DNA of 64,000 nt, taken from the NCBI GenBank assembly GCA_965209155.1, contig OZ242383.1:3936001-4000000 (forward strand). Reading direction: 5' to 3'. This document shows, in pieces, positions 8,468 to 18,531 of this stretch. This DNA is from a bacterium. Lineage in GTDB: Bacteria; SAR324; NAC60-12. The notes under the pieces are model-generated. The model made no database searches. It had not been told where the DNA came from and saw only the letters and a list, made by a program, of their open reading frames with translations. Positions within the stretch are counted from its first letter, which is position 1, and every line of letters starts with the position of its first letter. The translations under genes were made by a program, and so were the position numbers.

Positions 8468-9433
8468 CTAAGAGAAGGGGTTGAGCAGCCGGGAGAGGAG
8501 GCCTCGTTTGCGTTTTCCCGTAGCGCCATAACGGCCCTCACCACCCCGTAGCCGGGGATCGAGCAGGTCCCTGATGGCGTCGCCGAACATGTTGAGAGCG
8601 TAGACGACAATTGTCAGGCAAAGACCGGGCCAGAGCGCCAGCCAGGGGGCCTGCTCCATGTACCGACGCCCTTCCCGGCTGAGCATCCCTCCCCAGTCAG
8701 GAATGCTGGGTGGCAGACCGTATCCGAGGAAGCCCAGAGAAGCCAAAGACATAATCACCCCCCCGATGTTAATGGAGAAGATAATGATGACCGGTGCCAT
8801 AATATTGGGCAAGACATGACGGTTGAGGATTTGGCTTGTCGAGGTGCCCACGGCTTGGGCTGCCAGAAAATAGTCATTCTCTTTAATGGCGATCACGGCA
8901 CTTCTGATGACTCTTGAGCCGCTGATGCCTCCGGCGATCCCCAGGACCACGATGATCTGGAGGAGACCCCTTCCCACTATGGACATGATGGTCAGCAAGA
9001 GCAACAGCCCCGGGAAGGCTATCCAGGCATCGACAAAGCGCTGCACCGCCAGATCCAATTTCCCTCCGATGAATCCTGAAATGCCGCCGATCAGGACAGC
9101 GATGACCACATTGAGCGCAGTCGCGGCCAGACCGACAAGGACGGAGATACGCGCCCCGATGATCAGGCGGCTGAGTAAGTCTCGTCCCGCCTGGTCGGTC
9201 CCCAGCAGATACTGGGATGATGGGCCTGCAAGCCTGTCTATCAGGTGCATTTCCTTATAGGGATAAGGCGCCAGCACATCGGCAAAGACCGCCACCAAAA
9301 TCAAGAGCAAGATGATCACCCCGCAGGCAGTGCCAAGAGGCTTCTCCTTGAAAAGCCTGATCCAAAAATCAGCAAACCTGCCCCGTCGTTTGGGCTTATG
9401 GGTAGGGGATGGTGTTTCTGTGGTGTCGCTCAT
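8468..9433 (-). CDS. ABC permease DppC/OppC-like, unit 2
   Basis: LLGTD..GRD, GARIS, RHVLPN, LGFLG.G, GDAIRD.LDPR motifs. Confidence 0.95.
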   Translation of the reverse strand: MSDTTETPSPTHKPKRRGRFADFWIRLFKEKPLGTACGVIILLLILVAVFADVLAPYPYKEMHLIDRLAGPSSQYLLGTDQAGRDLLSRLIIGARISVLVGLAATALNVVIAVLIGGISGFIGGKLDLAVQRFVDAWIAFPGLLLLLTIMSIVGRGLLQIIVVLGIAGGISGSRVIRSAVIAIKENDYFLAAQAVGTSTSQILNRHVLPNIMAPVIIIFSINIGGVIMSLASLGFLGYGLPPSIPDWGGMLSREGRRYMEQAPWLALWPGLCLTIVVYALNMFGDAIRDLLDPRLRGGEGRYGATGKRKRGLLSRLLNPFS

Positions 9434-9509
9434 AATTTAGGTATTTAGGAGGAAGGCTTTTAGTCCCTTATGAAGTTAAATTCTGCGCAAAAGTGCTAAA
9501 GCATTATTT

Positions 9510-9605
9510 TTAACGTAAAGGCGCAGAGGGCGCAAAGAAACGCAGAGAAAAATTTTAATAAAATTCTCTGCGATCCTCTGTCTCTTTGCGTCTTTGCGTT
9601 AAATT
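9510..9605. repeat. Imperfect palindromic repeat (CGCAGAG/CGCAAAG units mirrored by CTCTGCG/CTTTGCG) between dppB2 and dppC2
   Basis: AACGTAAAGGCGCAGAGGGCGCAAAGAAACGCAGAGAA...TTCTCTGCGATCCTCTGTCTCTTTGCGTCTTTGCGTT. Confidence 0.75.
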
Positions 9606-9731
9606 TAAAATAGCCCTGGTTGGTTCCGGCTATGCCGGGTTAGGTATAAGGTATTCGGTGTCAGCTTTGCGTTAATACCTGAAACCCGGGCGGCGATCCG
9701 CTAACCCCTCATACCTTTGTCGCGCCAGCGA

Positions 9732-10736
9732 CTATTCATACCGCACCCTGGGGTCGAGGAAAGCATAAATAACGTCGATCATGAGATTGAACCCCAAAAC
9801 CGCAGTAGCAAAAATCAGGTTTATTGCGGAGACGACCGGATAGTCTCTGCCATCGAGGGCATCCACAAACATACGTCCTATCCCCGGCAGAGCAAATATT
9901 TCTTCCATGATCACGGAGCCCCCAATCAGGAGGGGGAGCTGCAGGCCGACGAGCGTCACTACCGGGATGAGCGCATTCTTGACGGCGTGTCTCAGAACGA
10001 CGACCCTCTCCCTGAGACCCTTCGACCAGGCCGTCCTGATGTAGTCCTGCCTTAAGACCTCCAGCATCATGGTGCGTGTCATCCGCATGGTGCTGGCAGA
10101 CATGGCTATCCCCAGAATCACAGCCGGAATGAGGAACATCCCAAGATTCCCCAGCGGGTCTTCCTTGAAGGGAATCAGCTTCACTGATGGCGACCAGCCC
10201 CACCAGAGTGCCGGGTAGAGCATGACCATGATTGCCAGCCAGAAGTTCGGCGTTGCCAGGCCGATGATGGCCGCGGTGCGCCCCACGTAGTCAGTGGCTG
10301 TATCCTGGCGGATCGCCGAGTAGATGCCGACGGGCAAGGCGATGACGAGCCCAATTACGATTGACAGAACACCAAGCTCAATGGTGACCGGCAATCTCCC
10401 GATTAGCCTCTCCCCTATCGACCAACCACGCAGTGCTTCACCAAAGCTGCCCTGGAGGAGACCCTTGAAGTGGGACTCACCAGTAGTTGGCCAATCAGGG
10501 GTTGGCAACACTCCTATCCAGCGTCCGTACTGCACGTGGACCGACACGTCCAGTCCCAGCATACGCTCAAGAGCTTCGCGGTCAGCGGCCCCCATGGCAT
10601 TCCACGCTCCCATCTCAGCCACCATTGTGTCTACTATATCGCCGGGGATGAAGCGGACCGCGAGAAAGACGATGATGGTCAATATGAACAGGGTGGGGAT
10701 GATCAGCAATAACCGCCTGATGAGATAGGTTCTCAT
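9732..10736 (-). CDS. ABC permease DppB/OppB-like, unit 2
   Basis: Paralog of 112-1125 with the same motifs. Confidence 0.95.
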   Translation of the reverse strand: MRTYLIRRLLLIIPTLFILTIIVFLAVRFIPGDIVDTMVAEMGAWNAMGAADREALERMLGLDVSVHVQYGRWIGVLPTPDWPTTGESHFKGLLQGSFGEALRGWSIGERLIGRLPVTIELGVLSIVIGLVIALPVGIYSAIRQDTATDYVGRTAAIIGLATPNFWLAIMVMLYPALWWGWSPSVKLIPFKEDPLGNLGMFLIPAVILGIAMSASTMRMTRTMMLEVLRQDYIRTAWSKGLRERVVVLRHAVKNALIPVVTLVGLQLPLLIGGSVIMEEIFALPGIGRMFVDALDGRDYPVVSAINLIFATAVLGFNLMIDVIYAFLDPRVRYE

Positions 10737-10806
10737 ATGTTGCCCCAAGTATGGGAGCTGGGAAGCGCGCCCGCAAGCGACCGGCTCCCGGCTCCCTTTT
10801 TCCTCA

Positions 10807-12606
10807 CTAGTGACCCATGGCTTTCTTCAGCTCCTGGTCAATCCAGAGGCGGGCCAAGAAGGTATTGCGTTCGCCATTCCCCATACCTGCTTCACCGAAA
10901 TAACCCTTGACCCACGGATGGTTCACGAAAAACCTAGGGGAGAGGGATTTAACCAGGCCCCAGTGCTCCCTTACAGTGATCTCATCGGCCTGTCGATAAT
11001 AGCTCTTCCACTCCTCCACGGTGGTAGCAGTTTGCATGGCGGCAAGCAGGGCGTCCATTTGCGGGTCATTCGCGTAGTTCCAGTTTGCATAACCAAAGTT
11101 TACGGATACCAAATATACATAATGGGAGGGGGCGTAAATCCCATATCCCCCACTCAGTAAATGCCACTCAGCCGAACCCGCACTACCTCGAGCTCCTACC
11201 TCAGCAGTACTCTGCATAATAAGCTCGCTGTCAACGCCAATGGCTTCGAAGAACCCCATGACGATTTCTGGGTGGGTTGAATCGAACCTGTCGGCCAGGG
11301 CTAACTTGAGCTTGAATCTATAGCCATCGGCGCCGCGTGTATATCCAGCCTCATCAAGGAGCTCTTCGGCCCTTTCGGGGTTATAGGTATATTCTTGCTT
11401 GACCTCCTCGGGCCACTCTTCCATTGGCCAAGACCATCCTGGCGCATTGAATTGCCCAATTAACCCATAAGGTTCTGGTTCTCCATAACCCTTAAAGTAG
11501 GTAGCGGAAATAGTCTCGCGGTCCACTGCCATCTGCAGTGCCTTGCGCACATTGACGTCGCTAACGGGTGGCAAAGCCCAGTTAAATAACAAAGGGTCCG
11601 GTGCTTGCTCATAAACGGACCACACCTCGATTTCAGGGTTGCTCCGCTGGAGGCTCTCTACATCGTCGATATTCTGTATATAAGCGTCGCCGGTGTTACT
11701 CAGCATATCAATCTTACCCGTGCGCAGTGCCGCCAGTCGTGTTGACATATCTGGCATCAGGAAGGACCTGTACTCGTCAATATAGGGCAGGCGGTTCTGC
11801 GGGAATTTTTCGTCGTAGCCCCAGTAGTTAGGATTCTTCTTCCAGGTTGCCGAGCTGCCCTCCACGAAATCAGTCAGTCTCAAGGGCCCGGTGCCGACCA
11901 GGGTCCTCCAATCCTTAGCGTCGCCGTATTTCTCGATTTGCTCGGGGGCGTGCGCAAACCAGTAGTTGTTAAGCATATTTCCCAGCACAGAGGGGTGAGA
12001 CGTCGTCAGCTTCATAACAACCGTCCATTTGTCGGTGGCCGTTACCGATTCGATACCTACATCAAAGGCGACAGCACCAATCCAGCCCATAGGTCCGTCT
12101 TCGGTGAAATCGCCCAGACCCAACATACGGTGATAGTTCCATTCAACGTCATAGGCATCGAACTCCCGACCGTTCACCGGCGCCTTATCGTCCCAGTAAA
12201 CGCCCTTGCGGATGTTCCAGATGAACGTCGTGTCGTCGGGCATTGACCAGCTTTCAGCCAGACACCCTCTAGTCATCTCTGGGGTCACCATCTGGTATAA
12301 TCTACCGTTCCATATATCCCTGGATAGTCCCCAGTCGGCGAAGGATAGCCTCTCATTTACGCCACTGATGAGGTGAGGCGCCCAACCAGGATTCCACCAG
12401 TTGTCAGTACTCGGAGGATAGACTTTAGTGGCCCACGTGAGTGTCCCGCCGTACTCAGGCGCAGTCCACGTCTTGCCGGTCGCAGGGTCGAACACCGTCT
12501 CTTTCTCAGCCGCCACGGCCGAACTGACCCAAAAGGCGGCCACCATCAGGGTGAGGGTGAGCAACAAGGATTGCATTTTACTTATTTTATTTTTATTGTT
12601 TTGCAT
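10807..12606 (-). CDS. ABC substrate-binding protein family 5, unit 2
   Basis: LAESW, IRKGV.W, VGTGP motifs; AGGAGA RBS before the ATG at 12606; signal peptide ending AVA-A. Confidence 0.93.
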   Translation of the reverse strand: MQNNKNKISKMQSLLLTLTLMVAAFWVSSAVAAEKETVFDPATGKTWTAPEYGGTLTWATKVYPPSTDNWWNPGWAPHLISGVNERLSFADWGLSRDIWNGRLYQMVTPEMTRGCLAESWSMPDDTTFIWNIRKGVYWDDKAPVNGREFDAYDVEWNYHRMLGLGDFTEDGPMGWIGAVAFDVGIESVTATDKWTVVMKLTTSHPSVLGNMLNNYWFAHAPEQIEKYGDAKDWRTLVGTGPLRLTDFVEGSSATWKKNPNYWGYDEKFPQNRLPYIDEYRSFLMPDMSTRLAALRTGKIDMLSNTGDAYIQNIDDVESLQRSNPEIEVWSVYEQAPDPLLFNWALPPVSDVNVRKALQMAVDRETISATYFKGYGEPEPYGLIGQFNAPGWSWPMEEWPEEVKQEYTYNPERAEELLDEAGYTRGADGYRFKLKLALADRFDSTHPEIVMGFFEAIGVDSELIMQSTAEVGARGSAGSAEWHLLSGGYGIYAPSHYVYLVSVNFGYANWNYANDPQMDALLAAMQTATTVEEWKSYYRQADEITVREHWGLVKSLSPRFFVNHPWVKGYFGEAGMGNGERNTFLARLWIDQELKKAMGH

Positions 12607-12960
12607 AATTTTTCTCCTATTTAAATTATTAAAAATAATAGTGAGGGCTTTTTTGAAACATGCTTTCGTTCCCGAAAGCACGTTGTCGACGATTGCTCTA
12701 CCCATTGGGTCTCCTTCATTTTGGAGTGATCAAAAAACCGATTCATTGGCTCCAGGATGGGGCAATGAACCCTGAGCTTTCAATTCTCTTGAGGAATTTC
12801 TATTGGCTGAAATGAACTGAGGGAAAACTTAAGGGTCTCTCCCTCTCGGACTAGGCGTCGCCGTCGGGATAAGATAAGGGGGGACAACCCAATGAACTTT
12901 GGACTTGGGATTTAGTGCTGGGTGCTTGGAGCTGTGACTGGGAACTAGGAACTGAGCGAT

Positions 12961-13049
12961 GGGTGCCGGGTGCCGGGTGCCGGGTGCCGGGTGCCGGGTG
13001 CCGGGTGCCGGGTGCCGGGTGCCGGGTGCCGGGTGCCGGGTGCCGGGTG
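12961..13049. repeat. Heptamer microsatellite (GGGTGCC)12
   Basis: 12 perfect units plus GGGTG, preceded by degenerate heptamers at ~12899-12955. Confidence 0.98.
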
Positions 13050-13537
13050 ATTGAATGATACTCTCATATTAACCTTTTATCAAGAAATTTTTATATTTGA
13101 AACAGGTTAATTTCAGACTTTCATGTCATCCTGACGGTTCGTCGTGCAGCAATGCAAAGGGATTGCGTTATTGCACTTCTCTCTCTGGAAGAAATTATTA
13201 TATAATCGTTCTGCAAATGATGGTCAAGGTTTTTTTTGAACAGGGCGATTCATTCATGAGTGTCTTCTGATGATCAACAAAAATACTTTTTCATATTGAG
13301 ATCCAGAAGTCAACATTTTTGGCACTTTTCCATTCCCCATTGACCGTTTCTAAAAATCCTCTGGGGAGGAGATGAGCTTTTACATGACCTTCGGCTAAAA
13401 TATGAGCGAAATTGAAATTAACCCTTCAGCCAAAGGCGTTTTCATTGAAAATTATCACAAAAGCAAACGAAAGACCAGCTTAATAGAGTGCTAATCATTT
13501 GTCAACCGTATTTTTTTCAATCGCTGGGAAGCGATTA

Positions 13538-13564
13538 TTAGCACTCTATTAAAATGAGTGCTAA
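13538..13564. promoter_or_regulatory. Perfect CIRCE (HrcA operator) consensus match
   Basis: TTAGCACTC-TATTAAAAT-GAGTGCTAA; function uncertain (see findings). Confidence 0.55.
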
Positions 13565-13653
13565 CATTAATCAATAATGGATCAAGCCCGCATGAAAGCG
13601 GTTCGATGCATCCCCAGAAATGGACAGAAAAGGCAAGGAGCCTCTACAATAGA

Positions 13654-13682
13654 TTGTAACATGAGAAGTACTATGTTACTAT
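13654..13682 (+). promoter_or_regulatory. Sigma70-type promoter with palindromic operator for higBA (probably leaderless)
   Basis: TTGTAA-17-TACTAT; IR GTAACAT/ATGTTAC; ATG 6 nt downstream of the -10 box. Confidence 0.65.
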
Positions 13683-13688
13683 TAAAGA

Positions 13689-13970
13689 ATGATACAATCA
13701 TTTCGAGATAAAAATACAGAAAAGATATATTCTGGAGAGCGAGTCAAAGGCATTTCCACAAATCTTGCCCAGAAGGCACGAAGGCGGTTAGGAGTACTAA
13801 ATCGTGCAACTCAAGTGGAAGATTTGTTCTTTCCTCCTTCCAATCAATTTCATGCTCTCTCAGGATATACTCCTACTCGTTATGCCATTGCGGTTGATAA
13901 ACAGTGGCGTATTACCTTTGAATGGCATGAATGTGAGGTTTACAATGTTTTATTTGAAGATTATCATTGA
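13689..13970 (+). CDS. higB: HigB-like toxin (RelE/ParE family)
   Basis: MIQSFRDK.TE, DL..PPSN..H.L.G, I.V..QWRI.F.W, C-terminal DYH. Confidence 0.92.
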   Translation: MIQSFRDKNTEKIYSGERVKGISTNLAQKARRRLGVLNRATQVEDLFFPPSNQFHALSGYTPTRYAIAVDKQWRITFEWHECEVYNVLFEDYH

Positions 13971-13979
13971 GAGGTGTTT

Positions 13980-14279
13980 ATGATCATTCCCAAGAAACGT
14001 CCAACCCCGATTGGAGAATTTGTCCAAGAAGATATTTTAAACGAACTCAATATGAGTCAAGGCGATTTAGCTCAAGCCTTAAAGGTTTCTCGAAAAACAA
14101 TCAATGATTTAGTCAATAATAAGAGATCATTATCAGCAGACATGGCCTTAAGAATTGGTAAATTCACAAAAACTTCACCACAATTATGGCTAGGACTTCA
14201 GCAGGATTTAGATTTATGGGATGCCTTACACTCAGAAAAGGCAAGAGAAATCAAAAAAATTCATTCATTTGCTGCTTAA
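13980..14279 (+). CDS. higA: HigA antitoxin (XRE HTH)
   Basis: SQ.DLA.AL.VSRKTI, SADMALR, P..WL.LQ..DLW motifs. Confidence 0.92.
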   Translation: MIIPKKRPTPIGEFVQEDILNELNMSQGDLAQALKVSRKTINDLVNNKRSLSADMALRIGKFTKTSPQLWLGLQQDLDLWDALHSEKAREIKKIHSFAA

Positions 14280-14280
14280 A

Positions 14281-15096
14281 CCTGATTCCCGGCAGGTTGA
14301 AGATGTTCTCCATGATCACTGCGCCGCCGACCAGTACCGGCAACTGCAGGCCGATCAGGGTGATAACCGGGATGAGGGCATTTTTGATGGTGTGCCGGAT
14401 AATCACGACCCGCTCTCTGAGCCCCTTGGACCAGGCGGTGCGGATTTAGTCCTGCCGGAGCACCTCCAGCATTATGGTGCGCGTCATCCGCATGGTGGCG
14501 GCAGAATAGTAAGTCCCAAAAATCAGGCCGGGAATGACGAACACCCCGAGACTGCCCAACGGATCTTCTGTGAAGGGAATCACGAACATCGGGGGCGTCC
14601 AGTCCCACCAGATGGTCGGATAGATCATCACCATCACGCCCAGCCAGAAGTTCGGCGTGGTCAGGCCGATGATGGCGAGGGAGCGCTCCAGGTAGTCGGC
14701 GACGGTATCCTGGCGAATCGCTGTGTAGATGCCCACGGGCAGCGCGATCAAGAGCCCGATAACGATGGCCATGACCCCCAGCTCAAGGGTAACCGGCAGT
14801 CTCTCTAAGATCGCCTCCTCTACCGCGTAACTGGTCAGCAGGGACTTGCCAAGGGAGCCGTGCAGGAGAATATCGCCCGGCCAGCGTCCATACTGCACGT
14901 GGACCGGCACGTCCAATCCCAGCCGACGCGCAAGCACTTCCCGGTCAATATTCCCTGAGGCGTACATTTCCATCCTCCCCTCGATGACGTCCATGACATC
15001 GCCGGGGATGAAGCGCACCGAGAGGAAGACCAAGATGCTCAAGATCAACAAGGTGGGGATGAGCAGCAATAATCGCCTCATGAGATAGGCTCTCAT
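14281..15096 (-). pseudogene. DppB-like permease pseudogene, unit 3
   Basis: Premature TAA at 14446-14448 replacing the Y of QDYIRT; homology continues to NLPGI, then is cut off at higA; no dppC follows. Confidence 0.9.
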
Positions 15097-15195
15097 GGGA
15101 TAGACCTCTAACTTCTAAAATCCCCGCTTCCGCGTACGGCCTGAATCCCCCTTTTCCAAAGGGGGACTTTCTTCAACTTGACACTCAAGAAAAGC

Positions 15196-16461
15196 CTAAT
15201 GCCCCATTTCTTTCTTCAGGTCCTGGTCAATCCACAACCGGGTGAAGACGGGGCCCCACCCACAGCTGCCCAGTCCGGTTTCACCGCTATAACCGACGAC
15301 CCAGGGCTGGTTCAGGCTAAAGTGTGGCGTTCTAGAACCCCAGATAAACCACTGCTGCCGGATGGCGTACATATCGGCCTCTTTCACCAGCCTCTTCTGC
15401 TCCTCAAGGCTGGTTGCCGCCATGGCGGCATCAGCCATAACGTTATAAACCGGGTCGCTGATGCCGCCAGGATTCCAACCCCCCGGCTTCGGCCCCGTGA
15501 TCTGGGCCCAAAACCCGTAGTCGGCCCCGATGTTCGTGAAATCCATAAACTCTTCAGCAGTTTGTTCCCGCCCAAGATTGCCATATTGCGTGCCGTCGAT
15601 GGCATTAACCTCAACCTCCACCCCAATCTTAGACCAGTAGCCGGCCACTAATTCTCGATAGCCCGTATCGAACCCGTCTCGATTCGTGTACAAATTGGTC
15701 TTGAATCGAATGCCATCGGCGTCGCTTGGGTACCCGGCCTCATCCAGGAGTTTCTCGGCCCCATCCGGGTCGTAGTTATAGGTCTTCTGGACCTCGGCAG
15801 GCCACGTTTCAAACGGGTTGTTATACCCTTTCATCCCAGAGCCCACCAGCCCCTGAGGGACCCACTCTCCATAACCTTGAAAATAAGAATCGTGGATGGT
15901 CTTCAGGTCCAGGGCCATCTGCGGCGCCTGACGCACCCGGATGTCATTGAAGGGCGGTTTATTGACGCTGATGGTAAAAGAATTATGCGACCGAAAGGCA
16001 TAGGGCCACTGCACGATTTGGGGGTTGCTCTGCTTAAGAGCCACTGCCGTATCGATATCCTGTACTTGGGTGCTTCCAAGATGACCTGTGTAATCAATCT
16101 TAGCGGAGCGCATCGCCGCCAGCCGGGTTGCCGGATCTATCATAATCAGAGCCACTAACTTGTCCAGATAGGGCAAGCGGTTCTGCGGGAATTTTTCGTC
16201 GTTTTTCCAGTAGTGCGGGTTCTTTTCCCAGGTGACAGAAGTGCCCTCGACAATCTCAGTTATCGTAAAGGGCCCGGTGCCCACCACGGTCCGCCAATCC
16301 TCAGCGTTGCCATGTTCCTCGATGATTTCGGGGGCGTAAACATAACCATGGCAATCGTCAAAGAGCCGCGCCAACGCATCAAAGCGGGGTTCCTTCAGCT
16401 TGACAACCAGCGTCGTTTTGTCGGTGGCCTCTACCGATTCGATGGGCAACCCCAAGATTCC
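15196..16461 (-). pseudogene. 5'-truncated family 5 substrate-binding protein, unit 3
   Basis: Homologous to dppA4 only from LGLPIESVEA onward; no signal peptide; abuts the distal upstream module. Confidence 0.88.
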
Positions 16462-16660
16462 AAATGAAAAATCTATCAATCAGGGAGATCCGCTTCTTTA
16501 TGATCATGAGTCAAAAAGCGAAGGTTCACTCCACAATCCAGTGTTTTTTCCAATGGCGATCATGTTCGTAAACGCTTTGCCAGGGAGGTAAATCAGAGTG
16601 CTAAGCGCTCTTACTTCCATGGCTCTCGTTCGTTTTCAAAGAGTTGACAGGCTTCTTGAA
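16462..16660. repeat. Distal part of the shared dppA upstream module
   Basis: Near-identical to 23108-23266 and 35700-35899. Confidence 0.9.
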
Positions 16661-16847
16661 GACCCTCAATGGATCAAGTCCGCATGAATTTACAAGTTTA
16701 GTTCACCTGCTGACGATAGGTTGAAAACAGGGAGAACTCAACGTTTTGATTCCCATTCAGTGATGGGATGTGACTTGTAGGGCGTCAGAGCGGTGCCTGA
16801 TCGGTAGGGAGTCAAGCGGGGTGTTGGATTTGGGTGCACAATGGAAA

Positions 16848-16946
16848 GGTAGAGTGCTGCTGAGCTTGCGAAGCGCACCAAAAAACTTATTCATCGGATG
16901 ACGGTGCGCTACGCCTTCGCTGAAGCTCAGTGCAGAACACCCTACC
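16848..16946. repeat. GTAG-type REP-like doublet
   Basis: GGTAGAGTG...AGCGCACC...GGTGCGCT...CACCCTACC inverted arrangement. Confidence 0.6.
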
Positions 16947-17027
16947 ATTCTCAGAATGCCCACTTGATAGGGTGTCGGATGGGGAGGTCAAGGTCTTGAA
17001 TAAAGACAAAATTCTCAAGAAGATCCA

Positions 17028-17151
17028 TCAGAACAAGGCAATGAACCGGAGCCTTACCACAGCGCGCTTTACTCCGATTTCTGTGCATTGCAGAGACAAA
17101 AGTTATCTTTCAATTGATACTGGGAGTAGCCCGGTTATTTCTGCGTTAGCG
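17028..17151 (+). other. Integron attC site 1
   Basis: R'' ..AGAAC, L'' ATGAACCGG vs L' CCGGTTAT (one unpaired G), R' GTTAGCG. Confidence 0.7.
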
Positions 17152-17202
17152 CAAGTAAACATTCTCCTCACCTTCCATTTTTCTCCACTTCTTAGTTTTC
17201 AC

Positions 17203-17230
17203 TTGACTATGTACGGCTAAGCCGTACAAT
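17203..17230 (+). promoter_or_regulatory. Promoter/operator of the relE-HTH cassette (probably leaderless)
   Basis: TTGACT-16-TACAAT overlapping the palindrome TGTACGGCT-A-AGCCGTACA; ATG 5 nt downstream. Confidence 0.75.
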
Positions 17231-17235
17231 GAGTT

Positions 17236-17550
17236 ATGTTTACTTTCATAGAATCACTGACTTTTGAAAAAATATTACCACTATATCTTGCAGACGATGA
17301 ATATGCTGAACTACAGCAGTTCATGGTAGTAAATCCTGAAGCAGGCAGTGTGATTCCAGGATCTGGTGGCATTCGTAAACTTCGTTGGAAACGTAAAGGA
17401 ATAGGAAAACGTGGCGGTGTCAGGATTATTTATTACATACGTTATTCTCCTAATGAATTTTGGATGCTTGCTATCTATGCAAAGACTGCTCAAGAAAACG
17501 TGCCTGCTCACATTCTTAAAAAATTAAAAGAGGTATTTGAAAATGAGTAA
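17236..17550 (+). CDS. RelE/HigB2-like toxin
   Basis: NPEAG.VIPGSGG.RKLRW...G.GKRGG.RIIYY...IYAK motif. Confidence 0.92.
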   Translation: MFTFIESLTFEKILPLYLADDEYAELQQFMVVNPEAGSVIPGSGGIRKLRWKRKGIGKRGGVRIIYYIRYSPNEFWMLAIYAKTAQENVPAHILKKLKEVFENE

Positions 17551-17857
17551 GAAGCTGTCTAGGGAAGCACTAGAAGAATTTGAGAAAGACAGAGACATTT
17601 GGCAAGAGGTTTTGGATGGAATCCAACAGATCAAACAAGGTATGTATGGACGAAAATTTACCGTAGAAAGGTCACCCATTGTTGAAGCACGGCGTACAAT
17701 TGGACTCTCCCAAGTTGAGTTTGCAAAGTTACTAGGTGTTTCTAAACGGACCTTACAAGACTGGGAACAAGGTAGGCGCAAGCCAAGTGGTGCAGCAAGA
17801 ACTTTACTCATCTTAGCAGAAAAACGTCCCGATGTCTTGCTGGAAGTCTTTGGTTAA
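17543..17857 (+). CDS. XRE-family HTH antitoxin
   Basis: GLSQ.EFA.LLGVS.RTLQDWEQGRR.PSGAA..LL. Confidence 0.92.
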   Translation: MSKKLSREALEEFEKDRDIWQEVLDGIQQIKQGMYGRKFTVERSPIVEARRTIGLSQVEFAKLLGVSKRTLQDWEQGRRKPSGAARTLLILAEKRPDVLLEVFG

Positions 17858-17885
17858 AGTCGTTTTGTTTCAAACTCATTAACAG

Positions 17886-18013
17886 GCGCTAACAAGCCAT
17901 TTCACCTGACCTATGGGGCCGCGCCTTTTTCCAAAACTTTGTATTTGATTCGAATGTCATTGCTCTTAGTCAAGCTGATCAAGCCCTACAGTCAGGTGAA
18001 CTTAACGTTGACC
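17886..18013 (+). other. Integron attC site 2
   Basis: R'' GCGCTAAC, L'' TTCACCTGAC / L' GTCAGGTGAA, R' GTTGACC. Confidence 0.75.
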
Positions 18014-18199
18014 GGACAGCAGAGAAAGGGATGGACATTTCGATGGAAAAATAGAATTGAATCCGAAGAAGTGATGTTGACTTCATCATGGGGAAAAAGC
18101 GCTAGCACCTCGGCAAAGAGCGCCACTTAAAATGAGTGCTCACAATAAATAGGATAATATAAGATCCCGTTCTCAACAACAAAACAAAAAGGGGTTTCA

Positions 18200-18529
18200 A
18201 TGAGCAGACATGAACACATTGAACAATTGCTTTCTGATTTAACCAGAGTTGAAAAAGTACAACTATTACAATGGGTTGTGCAAGACCTGGGAGATGCCTT
18301 TCCTGGGATTGAGAGTGTCCCTGGGGTTTGTGGGGGGGAGCCTTGTATTATCCGGACCCGAATCCCTGTTTGGCTCTTGGTGCAAGCAAAACATTCAGGA
18401 ACGAGCGAAGCGGATCTGCTGAAATGTTACCCGACCTTATACGCTGTCGATTTAGCCAATGCTTGGGCCTATTATCGCACTCACCAGGACACGATTGAAC
18501 AACAGATTCGAGAGAATGAGGAAGCATAA
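18200..18529 (+). CDS. DUF433 antitoxin-like protein
   Basis: PGVCGGEPCI.RTRIPV, LL..YPTL...DL..A..YY. Confidence 0.9.
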   Translation: MSRHEHIEQLLSDLTRVEKVQLLQWVVQDLGDAFPGIESVPGVCGGEPCIIRTRIPVWLLVQAKHSGTSEADLLKCYPTLYAVDLANAWAYYRTHQDTIEQQIRENEEA

Positions 18530-18531
18530 AA

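Noticed and set aside
16930..17220. 96-aa ORF upstream of relE (and ORF 17939-18130)
   Set aside because: They run through attC/REP sequences, lack an RBS and have no protein-like motifs.
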